This document shows, piece by piece, positions 53,607 through 64,000 of a stretch of DNA of 64,000 nucleotides. Below the pieces are notes generated by a model that ran no database searches, was not told the origin of the DNA, and was given only the letters and a program-made list of their open reading frames with translations. Location of the stretch: contig NW_026889779.1 in assembly GCF_033153115.1 (NCBI RefSeq), positions 1,860,001 through 1,924,000 on the forward strand, in the 5' to 3' direction. Source of the stretch: Saccostrea echinata. Lineage: Eukaryota. Position numbers and translations under genes: made by a program. Position 1 is the stretch's first letter; each line of letters begins with the position of its first letter.

Positions 53607-56600
53607 TTTAAACTAAATGCGACTGGTGCGGAAGGCCGGGTATCAGTCGGATTTAAGAGGCCTCAAGGAAATGAAGATTACAAGAAGGAGAGAAAGAAAA
53701 TATATTGGAAAAAGAGAAGAAAAAGTAAGGTAAATAGCAACCAGGATCATGACATCAAAGATGACGTCATTGAGAAGAACGGAAGTCGGGAGAAGACAGA
53801 AATGAAAACACAGCATACCGTAGTTGAAGGTATGCGCAATATGAGGGTTAAAGGAATGCTTGAAGGGACATCTATAGAGTGGAAAATAGATACTGGAGCA
53901 AAGCGGACGTTTGTGTCTAAAAAAAACTTTTGACAGCATCTTAGAGAAACCCACTCTAAGTCCTGTTAGTGCCACGTACGTTGTAGCGGATGGACGAACT
54001 TTGGATTGTGCTGGAGAGGCTACCATGGTACTAATCTTTGGTGACGATGCTTTTGAGCATCCAGTTATTGTAGGAGGTGTGAAGCATAACCTCCTTGGTG
54101 AAGATTTTATTGAAAAGTTTCGTTGTGGATGGGATCACGATGAAAAGAGTTTTATTATAAAAGGGGTCAAAGTACATTTGAGGGGCTCTGATGGAGTAGG
54201 GCCTGGAAGAGTGATAGCACTAGAGTCGACAGTTGTCCCAGCTGGTGGTGAAGCCCTGGTTCCTTCTGGACTCACTGGGCGTAATAAAACGAATTCAGGG
54301 GAATACCTCGGAGTTCTTACGCCTGAGAGACCTTTCATGGAACGGTATGGGTTAGCTATAGCAAGGACATTGGTTGATTCTAAAAATGCGGTAATCTACG
54401 CTAGGATATTTAACCCAAAAGCAGAGGATGTGAAGATCTACCGACATACGCACATAGCGTTATTTACCCCAATTTATAAAGTTGGACCAGTGTTTAAATT
54501 ACAAACAAGTAATAGCAATATAGAGCAAGTTGAAGTGAAGGATAGTTCGACTATTGACATCCCGGAATATCTACAGAATGTGTACAAAAAGGGATGCGAG
54601 CACCTTGATGAAACGCAAGCAAAAGTATTCAAAGAATTCATCATAAGTAAGCAAAATTGTTTTGCAAGACCAGGAGAAGTAGGAAGAACAAATCTTGGGT
54701 ACCATGAGATAAAACTTCAGGATGAAAAACCTATTCGGGAACCTCCAAGAAGAATTCCATTGCACAAGAGACAAGCTTTAGAGGAGGAAATTAAGAAATT
54801 AGAAAAACAGAACCTTATAGAAAAAAGTACAAGTCCCTGGTCATCTCAAATCGTTATGGTGCAGAAAAAGGACAAATCATGGAGGATGTGTGTTGACTAT
54901 AGGAAGTTGAATGAACAAACCATAAAGGATGCATATCCTTTGACAAGAATTAATGATAATTTAGATTCTCTCAATGGTGCAGAATGGTTTTCCTCCCTAG
55001 TTTCAGATATGGCGTACCACCAGGTACCTTTAGCAGAAGGTGACAAGGAAAAAAACTGCTTTTGCCACGCCTAGGGATGGACTGTACCAGTATATCACCA
55101 TGCCTTTCGGCCTGTGCAATGCAGCAGGTACATTTCAAAGAATTATAGAAAAAGCTCTTACCAATTTGCAGTGGTATGCTGCAGTACTGTATCTGGATGA
55201 TATTGTAGTATTTGGGAAGACGTTTGAAGAGCATTTTAAGAATTTAAACGAGGTTATGGACCGATTAGCAAAGGCTGGCCTGAAGCTCAAGCCGAAGAAA
55301 TGCCATTTCCTGAAGAAGAAAATAAGTTTCTTGGGACATGTGGTTTCAAAAGAAGGTATACAGACAGATCCAGAGAAGACAAAGGCAATAGATCAAATTC
55401 GAATACCGTCTTCTGTTAAAGAAGTGCGAAGTTTCCTAGGATTAGCCTGCTATTATCGAAAGTTTGTAAAAGATTACTCAAAGATTGCAAAGCCTCTATA
55501 CGACCTCACTAAGCAAGATAAGAAATATCTCTGGACAGATGATTGCCAAAGAGCGTTTGAAGAACTTAAGTTAAGGTTGACATCAGCACCTATCTTGGCA
55601 TATCCAAATATGGAAGGAGACGAGTTTATACTTGATACTGATGCTAGTGCCTTTGCTATTGGAGCAGTTTTGTCTCAAAAGCAAGATGGTAAGGAGAGGG
55701 TTATAGCCTATGGAAGCAGGACACTTAATAAGCCAGAAAGGAATTATTGTGTTACAAGAAGAGAAATGTTGGCTGTAGTATACTTTACAAGGTATTTCAA
55801 GCATTATCTACTAGGGAAAAGGTTTACACTTAGGACTGATCATGGTTCTCTCACATGGCTGAAAAATTTCAAAGAACCTGATGGCCAAATACACAGGTGG
55901 ATTCAGCAACTTAGTCAGTTTCACATGAAGATAGTGCATAGGCCAGGAAGCAGACATGGAAATGCAGATGCAATGTCAAGGTTAACAGAATTACCAAAAG
56001 AAGTATGTAAGCAATGCAAAATGCCGAGTAACTTCATGTATCAAGGACCTACAGAAGTAGACGTTCCATATATGAAAGAGGGACAGCAAGATGATAGAGT
56101 GCAAGCTGTGAGTAATGAAGAAGTTTTAGAGGAGGATTCAGAATCTGAAAGTCCTAACTTATTCCCAAATAATGGAAGTAATGGTGGACTAGATGATTCA
56201 AATGTGGCTGATGGAATGCCTATTTTGAGGAGAGGTAGAAAGGTAAACAGACCCGCACCTGCGAAACAAAGACTCAGACCCAAGCTCGATCTTAACTACA
56301 CTACACTGAGAAAGGAGCAAGAGGATGATACAGTAATTGGAAAAATACTTAAGCTGAAAGAGAGCAATGCTGAGAAACCAGAAAAGGATAAAATTATAGC
56401 AGAGAGTCCAGAATTTAAATTTTGGTTGTCAAGGTGGGAGATATTGGAGGTGAGAGATGGGGTTCTTTGTATCCTATGGGAAGATAGTTCAAAAAGATGG
56501 CGGATCTGTGCCCCAAAATCTATTTTGCATGTTGTAATGTGGCACCTACACGACTCCAAGCTATCAGGACATCAAGGAATTAAGAAAACTGTGGAAAAAG

Positions 56601-57919
56601 CAAAGATTTGTCCATTTTACTGGTGGGGTATTGTACGAGATATAAGAGAGTATGTGCAGAAATGCGAGATATGTGAGGAACGGAAAGACCCCCCAAACAA
56701 AAAGCGTCATTTTCTACAGAAGTATGTTGTAGGCGGCCCATTTGAGAGAATTGCCACGGACCTCGCAGGACCATTCCCAACTACTGAGAGGGGGAATCGC
56801 TACATATTAGTAATAGGAGATTATTTTACCAAATTGACGGAAGCGTATCCATTAGAAAATATAACAGCTGAGACTGTAGCTGATGTTTTGTTTCGTGCAT
56901 GGATAAAAAGATATGGTTGTCCAGCTGAGGTGCACTCCGACCAAGGGAGACAGTATGAAAGTGCTTTATTTCTTGAGTTGTGTCGAATGTTACAGGTTAA
57001 TAAGACGAGGACAACTCCTCTACATCCAAGGTCGGATGGCATGATAGAGAGGATGAATAGGACCATACAAGACATGCTGTCAAAGTACATAAAGAGTCAT
57101 CAAAAAGACTGGGATCTACATTTGGATTATATCACCTTGGCATATAATTCAACGCCTCATGAGAGTACTAGTGTATCGCCTCATAAAATGGTATTTGGAA
57201 GAGAAATTAAACTACCACTTGACTTTATGGCGAATAATGTAGTTGAAGAGGAAACGTTTGAGACAGATTTTGTGCGGAATTTGAGAGATAACTTGTGCCA
57301 GGCTCACGAATTTGCACGCAAGTCCTTGCAGAAATCGTCAGAAAGGCAGAAACAACAGTATGATTTGAAAGTTAGGGAAAAGAGCTATGAGATAGGTCAA
57401 TTAGTGTGGAGGAACCAGAAAATAGTTACACCAGGAAAAAAACAGAAAATATGCAGGAATTGGAATGGCCCCTGGGTAATAACAAAGAAGATTAGTGAAG
57501 TACTCTACAAAATCCAACATAAGGAGGACTTACCTGGAGTTGTCGTCCACGGGGATAATTTAAAAGAATACAAAGGGGAAAAGAAAATTAATTGGTTTAA
57601 TGGAGGATTTCAGGAAGAAAGTTTGCCTACAGAACTACCAAATTTAGAGGCTTTTAAAGATGCTGACCATTTAGAAAGAAATTGTGAAATAAAATCCAGA
57701 AATAAAGACAAATTCGCAGACGCCGAACCGGGACCTAACGCAGACACCGAATTAGAATCGGAGTCGGACGCCGAAATGAGATCGGGTACAGAGTCTGCAA
57801 TTATTGTAAACAGAAATGCCACGAGGTTTGGAAGAAGTGTAAGAAAGCCCGAAAAATTTAAAGATTATGTTAGTAATGTACAGCTAAAGAATGGATGTTC
57901 GGAAATCGGTATTATGTAA
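53607..57919 (+). CDS. pol: Pol (PR, dUTPase-like insert, RT, RNase H, IN), split by two +1 frameshifts
   Basis: PR IDTGA (~53890). RT WRMCVDYRKLN, MPFGLCNA, YLDD. RH LDTDAS, EMLAVV, TDH. IN H-H-C-C, D(LAGP), D(QGR), ERMNRT. Frameshifts in A-runs at ~53920 and ~55050. Confidence 0.95.
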
Positions 57920-58721
57920 ATATTGTGGAAAGTTATTTGCTAGCGTGAAAAATCTAAAACGACATGAAAATCAAAGACACAAGAACATTGTCAAAGTGAG
58001 GAAGTGCCCCTTAGATAACTGTGGAATTTATACCTTTAGATTAGAATACTTAGTGTCCCACCTGAAGAGATTTCACGGAAAACAGCACAATGATGCTAAG
58101 GAAATCGCAAAATTATCGATAATAGAACTTAAAGAGAGAGAGGAAATTAAGGAAATAAATCTGAAGATTCGTGCCCGTCAAAAACAAAGGATGATGGATA
58201 GAGAGAATAACAACACATCATTGGTATTAGGGGACGAAGAAGACATTTTGGATATTGACGTGCCAAAAGAGGAACAAGAGACAATAGATTTTGATATACT
58301 GGAGGAAGACTGGGTGAATACTCTCTTAGAGGGAATTTCTGGAGAAAAAGAGGAATTAGATGATCATGTGTCAGAAATTTCGAATGAAAGTAAAGAAATC
58401 GTGCAACCATTAGAAGAGGACGTGCCAAAAGACAACGAAGAAATAGAGTGTGATCCTGATGAGAATGTTAAACAAGGAGAGCCTTCTTCAGCAACAGATG
58501 TATCGGAAGTCGTAGAGACCATCACTATCAATCTAGTAACTACGAGAAGAATAACACCCAATGGTATTTCCATCAGGCGGAATCATCAAATATCTACTTC
58601 TAGATTTATCCGACCGGAACAGATTGACTGGATGAATTTCTTTTCCTATCTGCAAAATGAAATACTTGAGTACGCTAAGGAAGAACACGAGAGGGATTGT
58701 GACGCGGAAGACTTAGACTAA
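57891..58721 (+). CDS. ORF3: two C2H2 zinc fingers plus an acidic domain (276 aa)
   Basis: CKYC-x12-HENQRH and CPLDNC-x12-HLKRFH, then a D/E-rich C-terminal half. Intact, overlaps the pol stop by 29 nt, and lies inside the element. Confidence 0.85.
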   Translation: MDVRKSVLCKYCGKLFASVKNLKRHENQRHKNIVKVRKCPLDNCGIYTFRLEYLVSHLKRFHGKQHNDAKEIAKLSIIELKEREEIKEINLKIRARQKQRMMDRENNNTSLVLGDEEDILDIDVPKEEQETIDFDILEEDWVNTLLEGISGEKEELDDHVSEISNESKEIVQPLEEDVPKDNEEIECDPDENVKQGEPSSATDVSEVVETITINLVTTRRITPNGISIRRNHQISTSRFIRPEQIDWMNFFSYLQNEILEYAKEEHERDCDAEDLD

Positions 58722-58985
58722 AAAAAAACTCATTGTGTTCAAGCTAACTCAGGGATCAAGTGACTTTGAAATATATTTTGACATTTGCAAAATTATTAGG
58801 GTGCTAACGACATGACTGTATTTTACCATATTATCCATCGTTTTAATATGTTTTTTTTTTTTAAATTGTTCTAGTCAGTTATTTGTACATTGTTTTTTTT
58901 TATATTGATCAAGTAAGTTTGTATACGTTTTTTTTTTTAATTGTCTTTGTTTTTTTTTAATGGACAGTGGAAGTCCAATCTTCTT

Positions 58986-58994
58986 AAGGAGGGA
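58986..58994 (+). promoter_or_regulatory. Polypurine tract
   Basis: aaggaggga, 4 nt before the 3' LTR. Confidence 0.7.
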
Positions 58995-58998
58995 CCAT

Positions 58999-59557
58999 TG
59001 TAGTGTTTTTTTATTTCATAATATACGATTTTCTATTTGAGTACACTTAAGTAGTTAACTTTTATACTTAGAGTAAATTTTTGTTTATCGCTAGCTATAG
59101 GTAGCCTAATGGCGCCCTAATAACATTGGGTGTCTTAGAGGCCTAATCATGTTAGGTGGTAAGAGGCCCTATAACTTGGTGCCCGACACCTAATGGTGGC
59201 CTAATCATGTTAGGTAGTAGGAGGCCCTATTATTTGGGTGCCTAATAGAAGCCTAATGGATGCCTAATAGAAGCCTAACTATATTGGGCTGTCGACAGGT
59301 ATATATACAGGGTGAGAGAATGTGCGGCAGGCACTTCTCCCCTATTTCTTGATTTACTATGATGTTATGTTGATGTAAATTTCCATAATACAATTCGTTC
59401 TACAAAAGCAAAGTGTTGTTCTTATTGATCTATAAAGATCTCAAAATCCTACGCATGTGTTGCGAATAGCACAGGATCCACATAATTTTGTGACTTGTCT
59501 GGGGTTTAAGCAGATTTGGATATAATCACAAGCTACATTACCCTCAGTTGCGTTACA
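58999..59557 (+). repeat. 3' LTR (559 bp)
   Basis: Differs from the 5' LTR by 1 substitution and one 2-nt indel, by eye. Confidence 0.97.
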
Positions 59558-60254
59558 GTACATTATAGGTCTTGCCCCCCACCCCGCTCGGACTCTTCAC
59601 TGATCCTTAAAGATAATGGAATAATTATTTGGTAATAAATCATATTAGGTGTCCTCTGGTCTCCCTTTTGAGGTCATACCTCAATAGGCGACCTTATCAG
59701 TTTAACACTCTAGTAAACCTCTGGTTAATATTAATCTTACAGAGTAGATGTATGCCCAGTCTTGCAAGGATGGAGGCTGAAGTTCTCCTCCCCTTTCCCT
59801 GGAATTTACTCTTATCAAATTCATAAACGAATCAAAACTACTAGTATATTTTCCAAAATAATAAACTTAAAAAACATGGATTCATTGTCAATTGCTTGTG
59901 GGATACATATACTGTATATGAAGGAAAAGTTGTCTAATGTCATCCCCATCCAATTACATAAATTTAGAAAATTAATTTGGAGAAATTGTGAAATTGTTGG
60001 CTTGCAAAAAAAACAGGGTCTCAATTTTTGTTTGGAGTGAATTTGAAAAATAATTCTTCACATGGAACATTTTTTAAATTGTCTTCTTATAACTTCAAAA
60101 GTTTTCCTAATAATGAACAATATAAGATTACCTCTGGTCTACTGTTTCATATACCACTTCGTCTGACCTCTGATATCCTTATTGATGTACAATATAAGAC
60201 AAACTCATGTTTCCATATTCTTTATGTGGGGAGCAGAGGAAACATAAAGTTTAT

Positions 60255-62326
60255 ATGAATAGGGAGACCATAGGTCCCCTTATATTGTACATCATTGGGA
60301 GGATCAAAGATCACATTGTATTGTACATCAAAAGAAAGACAAGAGGTCCCCTTATATCCTACATCTATAGGGAGACCAGAGGTCCCCTTACATCCTACAT
60401 CTATAGGGAGACCAGAGGACACCTTATATTGTACATAATTAGGGGGACCAGAGGTCACCTTATATCCAATATTAATAGGGAGACCAGAGGTCCCCTCATA
60501 TCCTACATCTTTAGGGAGACCAGAGGACACCTTGTATTGTACATCAATAGGGAACCCAGGGATCATTTGTACATCAACAGGGAGACCAAAGGTCCCCTTA
60601 TATCCTACATCAGTAGGGAGACCAGAGGACACTTTATATATTACATCAATAGGGAGACCAGAGGTCCCCTATATCGTACACCAACAGGGAGACCAGAGGT
60701 CCCCTTATATCCTACATCCATAGGGAGACCAGAGGACACCTTATATTGTACATCAAAAGGGAGACCAGAGATTTCTTATATTGTACACCAATAGGGAGAC
60801 CAAAGATCCCCTTATACCCTACATCAGTAGGGAGACCAAAGGATACCTTATATTTAACATCAATAGGGAGACCAGAGGTCACCTTATATTGTACATTAGT
60901 AGAGAGACCAGAAGTCACATTATATTGTACATGAATACGGAAACCTGGGGTCCCCTTATTTTATTAATCATTGGGGTGACCATATTTCATATAAAAGTGT
61001 TTTTAAATACGGAGACCAGATCGCGTCTTATGTTGTACATTATTCAAGAGACCAGAGATCACATAAAGTTGTGTATGAATATGAAGACCAGAGGACACCC
61101 TATATTGTTCATCATATGCAGACCACTGGTCACATAAGGCTGTGTATAATATGAATACGGAGACCAGAGGTCCCCTAATATTGTACATCAATAGGGAGAC
61201 TAGAGGTAACATATATTGTATTGTACATAAATACGGAGACCAGAGGACACCTTATATTGTAAAGAATTAGGGAGACCAGAGGTAACTTATTTTGTACATC
61301 GATAGGGAGACCAGAGGACACCTTATATTGTACATAATAAGGGGGACCAGAGGTCACCTTATATTGTACATCAATAGGGAGACAAGAGGTCACTTACTTT
61401 GTACATCAATAGGGAGACTAGAGGTAACATATATTGTATTGTACATAAATACGGAGACCAGAGGACACCTTATATTGTAAAGAATTAGGGAGACCAGAAG
61501 TAACTTATTTTGTACATCGATAGGGAGACCAGAGGACACCTTATATTGTACATAATAAGGGGGACCAGAGGTCATCTTATATTGTACATCAATAGGGAGA
61601 CCAGAGGACACTGTATATTGTACATAATTAGGGAGACTAGAGGTAACTTATTTTGTACATCAATAGGGAGAGCAAGGTCACCTTATATTGTAGATCAATA
61701 GGAACACCAAAGGTCCCCTTATATCCTACATCATTAGGGAGACCAGAGATCCCCTTATATCCTACATCTCTAGGGAGACCAGAGGACACCTTATATTGTA
61801 CATCATTAGGGAGACCAGAGGTCACCATATATCCTGCATCAGTAGGGAGACCAGAAGACACCTTATATTGTACATCAATAGGGAAACCAGAGATCACTTA
61901 TATTGTACATCAATAGGGAGACCAAAGGTCCCCTTATATCCTACATCAGTAGGGAGACCAGAGGACACTTATATTGTACATCAGTAGGGAAACCAGAAGA
62001 CACCTTATATTTGACATCAATAGGGAGACCAGAGGTCACCTTATATTGTACATTAGTAGGGAGACCACAGGTCCCCTTATATCCTACATCAGTAGGGAGA
62101 CCAGAAGACACCTTATATTGTACATCAATAGGGAAACCAGAGATCACTTATATTGTACAGCAATAGGGAGACCAAAGGTCCCCTTATATCATCATTAGTA
62201 GGGAGACCAGAGGACACCTTATATTGTACATCAATATGGAAACCAGAGGACATCTTCTATTTTACATCAATAGGGAGACCAGAAGTCACCTTATATTGTA
62301 CATTAGTAGGGAGAACAGAAGTCACA
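60255..62326. repeat. ~36-bp minisatellite array
   Basis: Unit agggagaccagaggacaccttatattgtacatcaat, repeated about 55 times with variants. Confidence 0.95.
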
Positions 62327-62910
62327 TCTATACTTATAAATTAATAAATTTTGCAAATAAACTCCGAAACGGGTGCACCAGAGTTCTTACTTACTCCTCT
62401 AACAATACACTAGATACAAGATGATGTCCGTAAACTATATTTATATTTCACTCGCAAAGTAAGTTTCGTACATTAAATTAAAAGTCTACTTTTATTTTCT
62501 ATAAACAGCCATGAAATAGCAAAAACGTGAGTACGGTGGCGTTTCCGGTTGGCGGATCTAAGTTGCTGGCAATTTTTAATGAAACTGACAACAAGCAATC
62601 GTGTATATATTTCATAAAACGTCATCACTGAATTATTCAATCAAAACTTGATTTAAATGATATTAAAGGAAATAAGTTGTGATAACCGATTAAAAAGGGA
62701 AATTGTAAATTATTTTCGTCATTCACCGATCTTAATATTGACGGAAGCTTCTAGAACATCATATAGCATCGAGCCCGATGTTTAAAAAAACGAGGTGCAT
62801 ATAGCTGCATAACATAAAAAAAGGCTTTTGTGTGATTGGTCATTGAAATAATGGTAAATCATTGATAACACTAAAAGTTGTGAATATATTTATATATCGA
62901 AAGACTATTA

Positions 62911-63002
<92 letters not shown>

Positions 63003-63709
63003 AGGTTTTCCTAATAAATTTATCGGTAAAATTTGTAACATGAAACATTTTTTGAAACATTTCTATATTCCTTACGGAGAGCATCGTGGCAACGAACCCG
63101 AAGTACAATTTGTACTTCGTAATAAACTTGCTTACATGTAAAGAGAAAATTAATGAATAAGGTATTGTTCAAAAACAATTAAGATGTATTTTGTGCTTTA
63201 ATCAATGCATTTCATTTTTTTTCTGAAAACAGTCTTTTGTATCAAATACTATTCATAGGGCGTTAAAAGCTAATTTTACACAAGTACTTGAGTCTTGGTT
63301 GATAAATATGTATGTACCTTATTGATATGTAAAAAAAGTAAAGTACATTATTTACATATCAGTAAGGTACAAGCATATTTATAAACAAAGACCCAAGTAC
63401 CTGTGAATTTTGACCCCCCACCAATCAATTTATCAGTAAAATGTGCATATTCCCTGCTTTTATTCTTGACGGAAATGAAATAAGAGCATCTGAAGTACAA
63501 TATCCATAACATAGTATAAGAGGTTTCAAAAATGTTAATTTTCAAGTTTTTACAAGGGGGGGGGGGGGGACGTACATCTACTTCATGCGGGAATTTGAAC
63601 AAAGTATTTCTTCCTGCTATAATCCTGTAGGCTGTCAGTAGAACCTAAATATTTTCTGTCGGTAGTAGTATGAATTCAATTCCCCGCGCTTGCGCGGGAT
63701 TTCATCTAG
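62327..63709 (+). mobile_element. Non-autonomous Helitron
   Basis: 5' TC, 3' hairpin cccgcgcttgcgcggg then CTAG. Inserted at A|T with no TSD. Removing it restores the sequence seen at 60911-60955. Confidence 0.92.
62913..62997. repeat. (TA)n microsatellite
   Basis: About 42 TA units inside the Helitron. Confidence 0.98.
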
Positions 63710-64000
63710 TTATATTGTACATGAATACGGAGATCTGGGGTCCCCTTATTTTGTTAATCGTTGGGGAGACCATATTTTACATAAAAGTGTTAATGAATAC
63801 GGAGACCAGAGGTCATCTTATGGTGTATATTATTCAGAGACCAGAGGTCACATAAAGTTGTGTATGAATATGAAGACCAGAGAACATCTTATATTGTTCA
63901 TCATTTGCAGACCATTGATCACATAAGGCTGTGTTTAATATGAATATGGAGACCAGAGGTCCCCATATGGTGTACTTCATTAGGGTGACCAGAGGTCCCC
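63710..64000. repeat. Continuation of the 36-bp minisatellite
   Basis: Same units, paralogous to 60920-61200. Confidence 0.9.

Larger units (their letters stand above)
51476..59557 (+). mobile_element. Full-length Ty3/Gypsy LTR retrotransposon with three ORFs
   Basis: TG...CA LTRs, GTAC TSD at 51472-51475 and 59558-59561, PBS, PPT, and domain order gag-PR-RT-RH-IN. Confidence 0.98.

Noticed and set aside
57891-58721. ORF3 as env
   Set aside because: No signal peptide, furin site plus fusion peptide, or TM anchor.
60207-62424. Many short ORFs with 12-aa repeats, and a superficial CRISPR-like 36-bp periodicity
   Set aside because: These are by-products of a 36-bp tandem repeat. There are no unique spacers or cas genes, and the context is eukaryotic.
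62908-63108. (YI)n ORF
   Set aside because: Translation of a (TA)n microsatellite.

Overview
AT-rich, intron-containing eukaryotic DNA, very probably an oyster or other bivalve (inferred from pearl/HINE-type Helentron derivatives carrying 156-bp and ~166-bp Cg170/HindIII-like repeats). Host genes: (1) terminal exon of an uncharacterised Arg/Ser/Pro/Tyr-rich protein (+, 993-1723); (2) a complete 12-coding-exon SLC17/sialin-like MFS transporter (-, 7420-23864, ~490 aa); (3) head-to-head with it, a complete 11-exon amyloid precursor protein (APP-family) gene (+, 24735-45047, ~600 aa); (4) a putative terminal exon of a convergent gene (-, 46837-46904). Introns carry many MITEs and non-autonomous Helentrons. 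The right third is a TE cluster: Penelope-like RT relics, SINE/tRNA-derived pieces, a very young full-length Ty3/Gypsy LTR retrotransposon (51476-59557) and a 36-bp minisatellite interrupted by a Helitron. The most unusual object is the Gypsy element. Its Gag has two N-terminal transmembrane helices and no CCHC knuckle. A third ORF in the env position encodes a two-C2H2-finger acidic protein. The LTR U3 carries an array of CCTAAT motifs just upstream of the TATA box. Together these suggest (inference) a self-regulating, membrane-tethered 'complex' retrotransposon.
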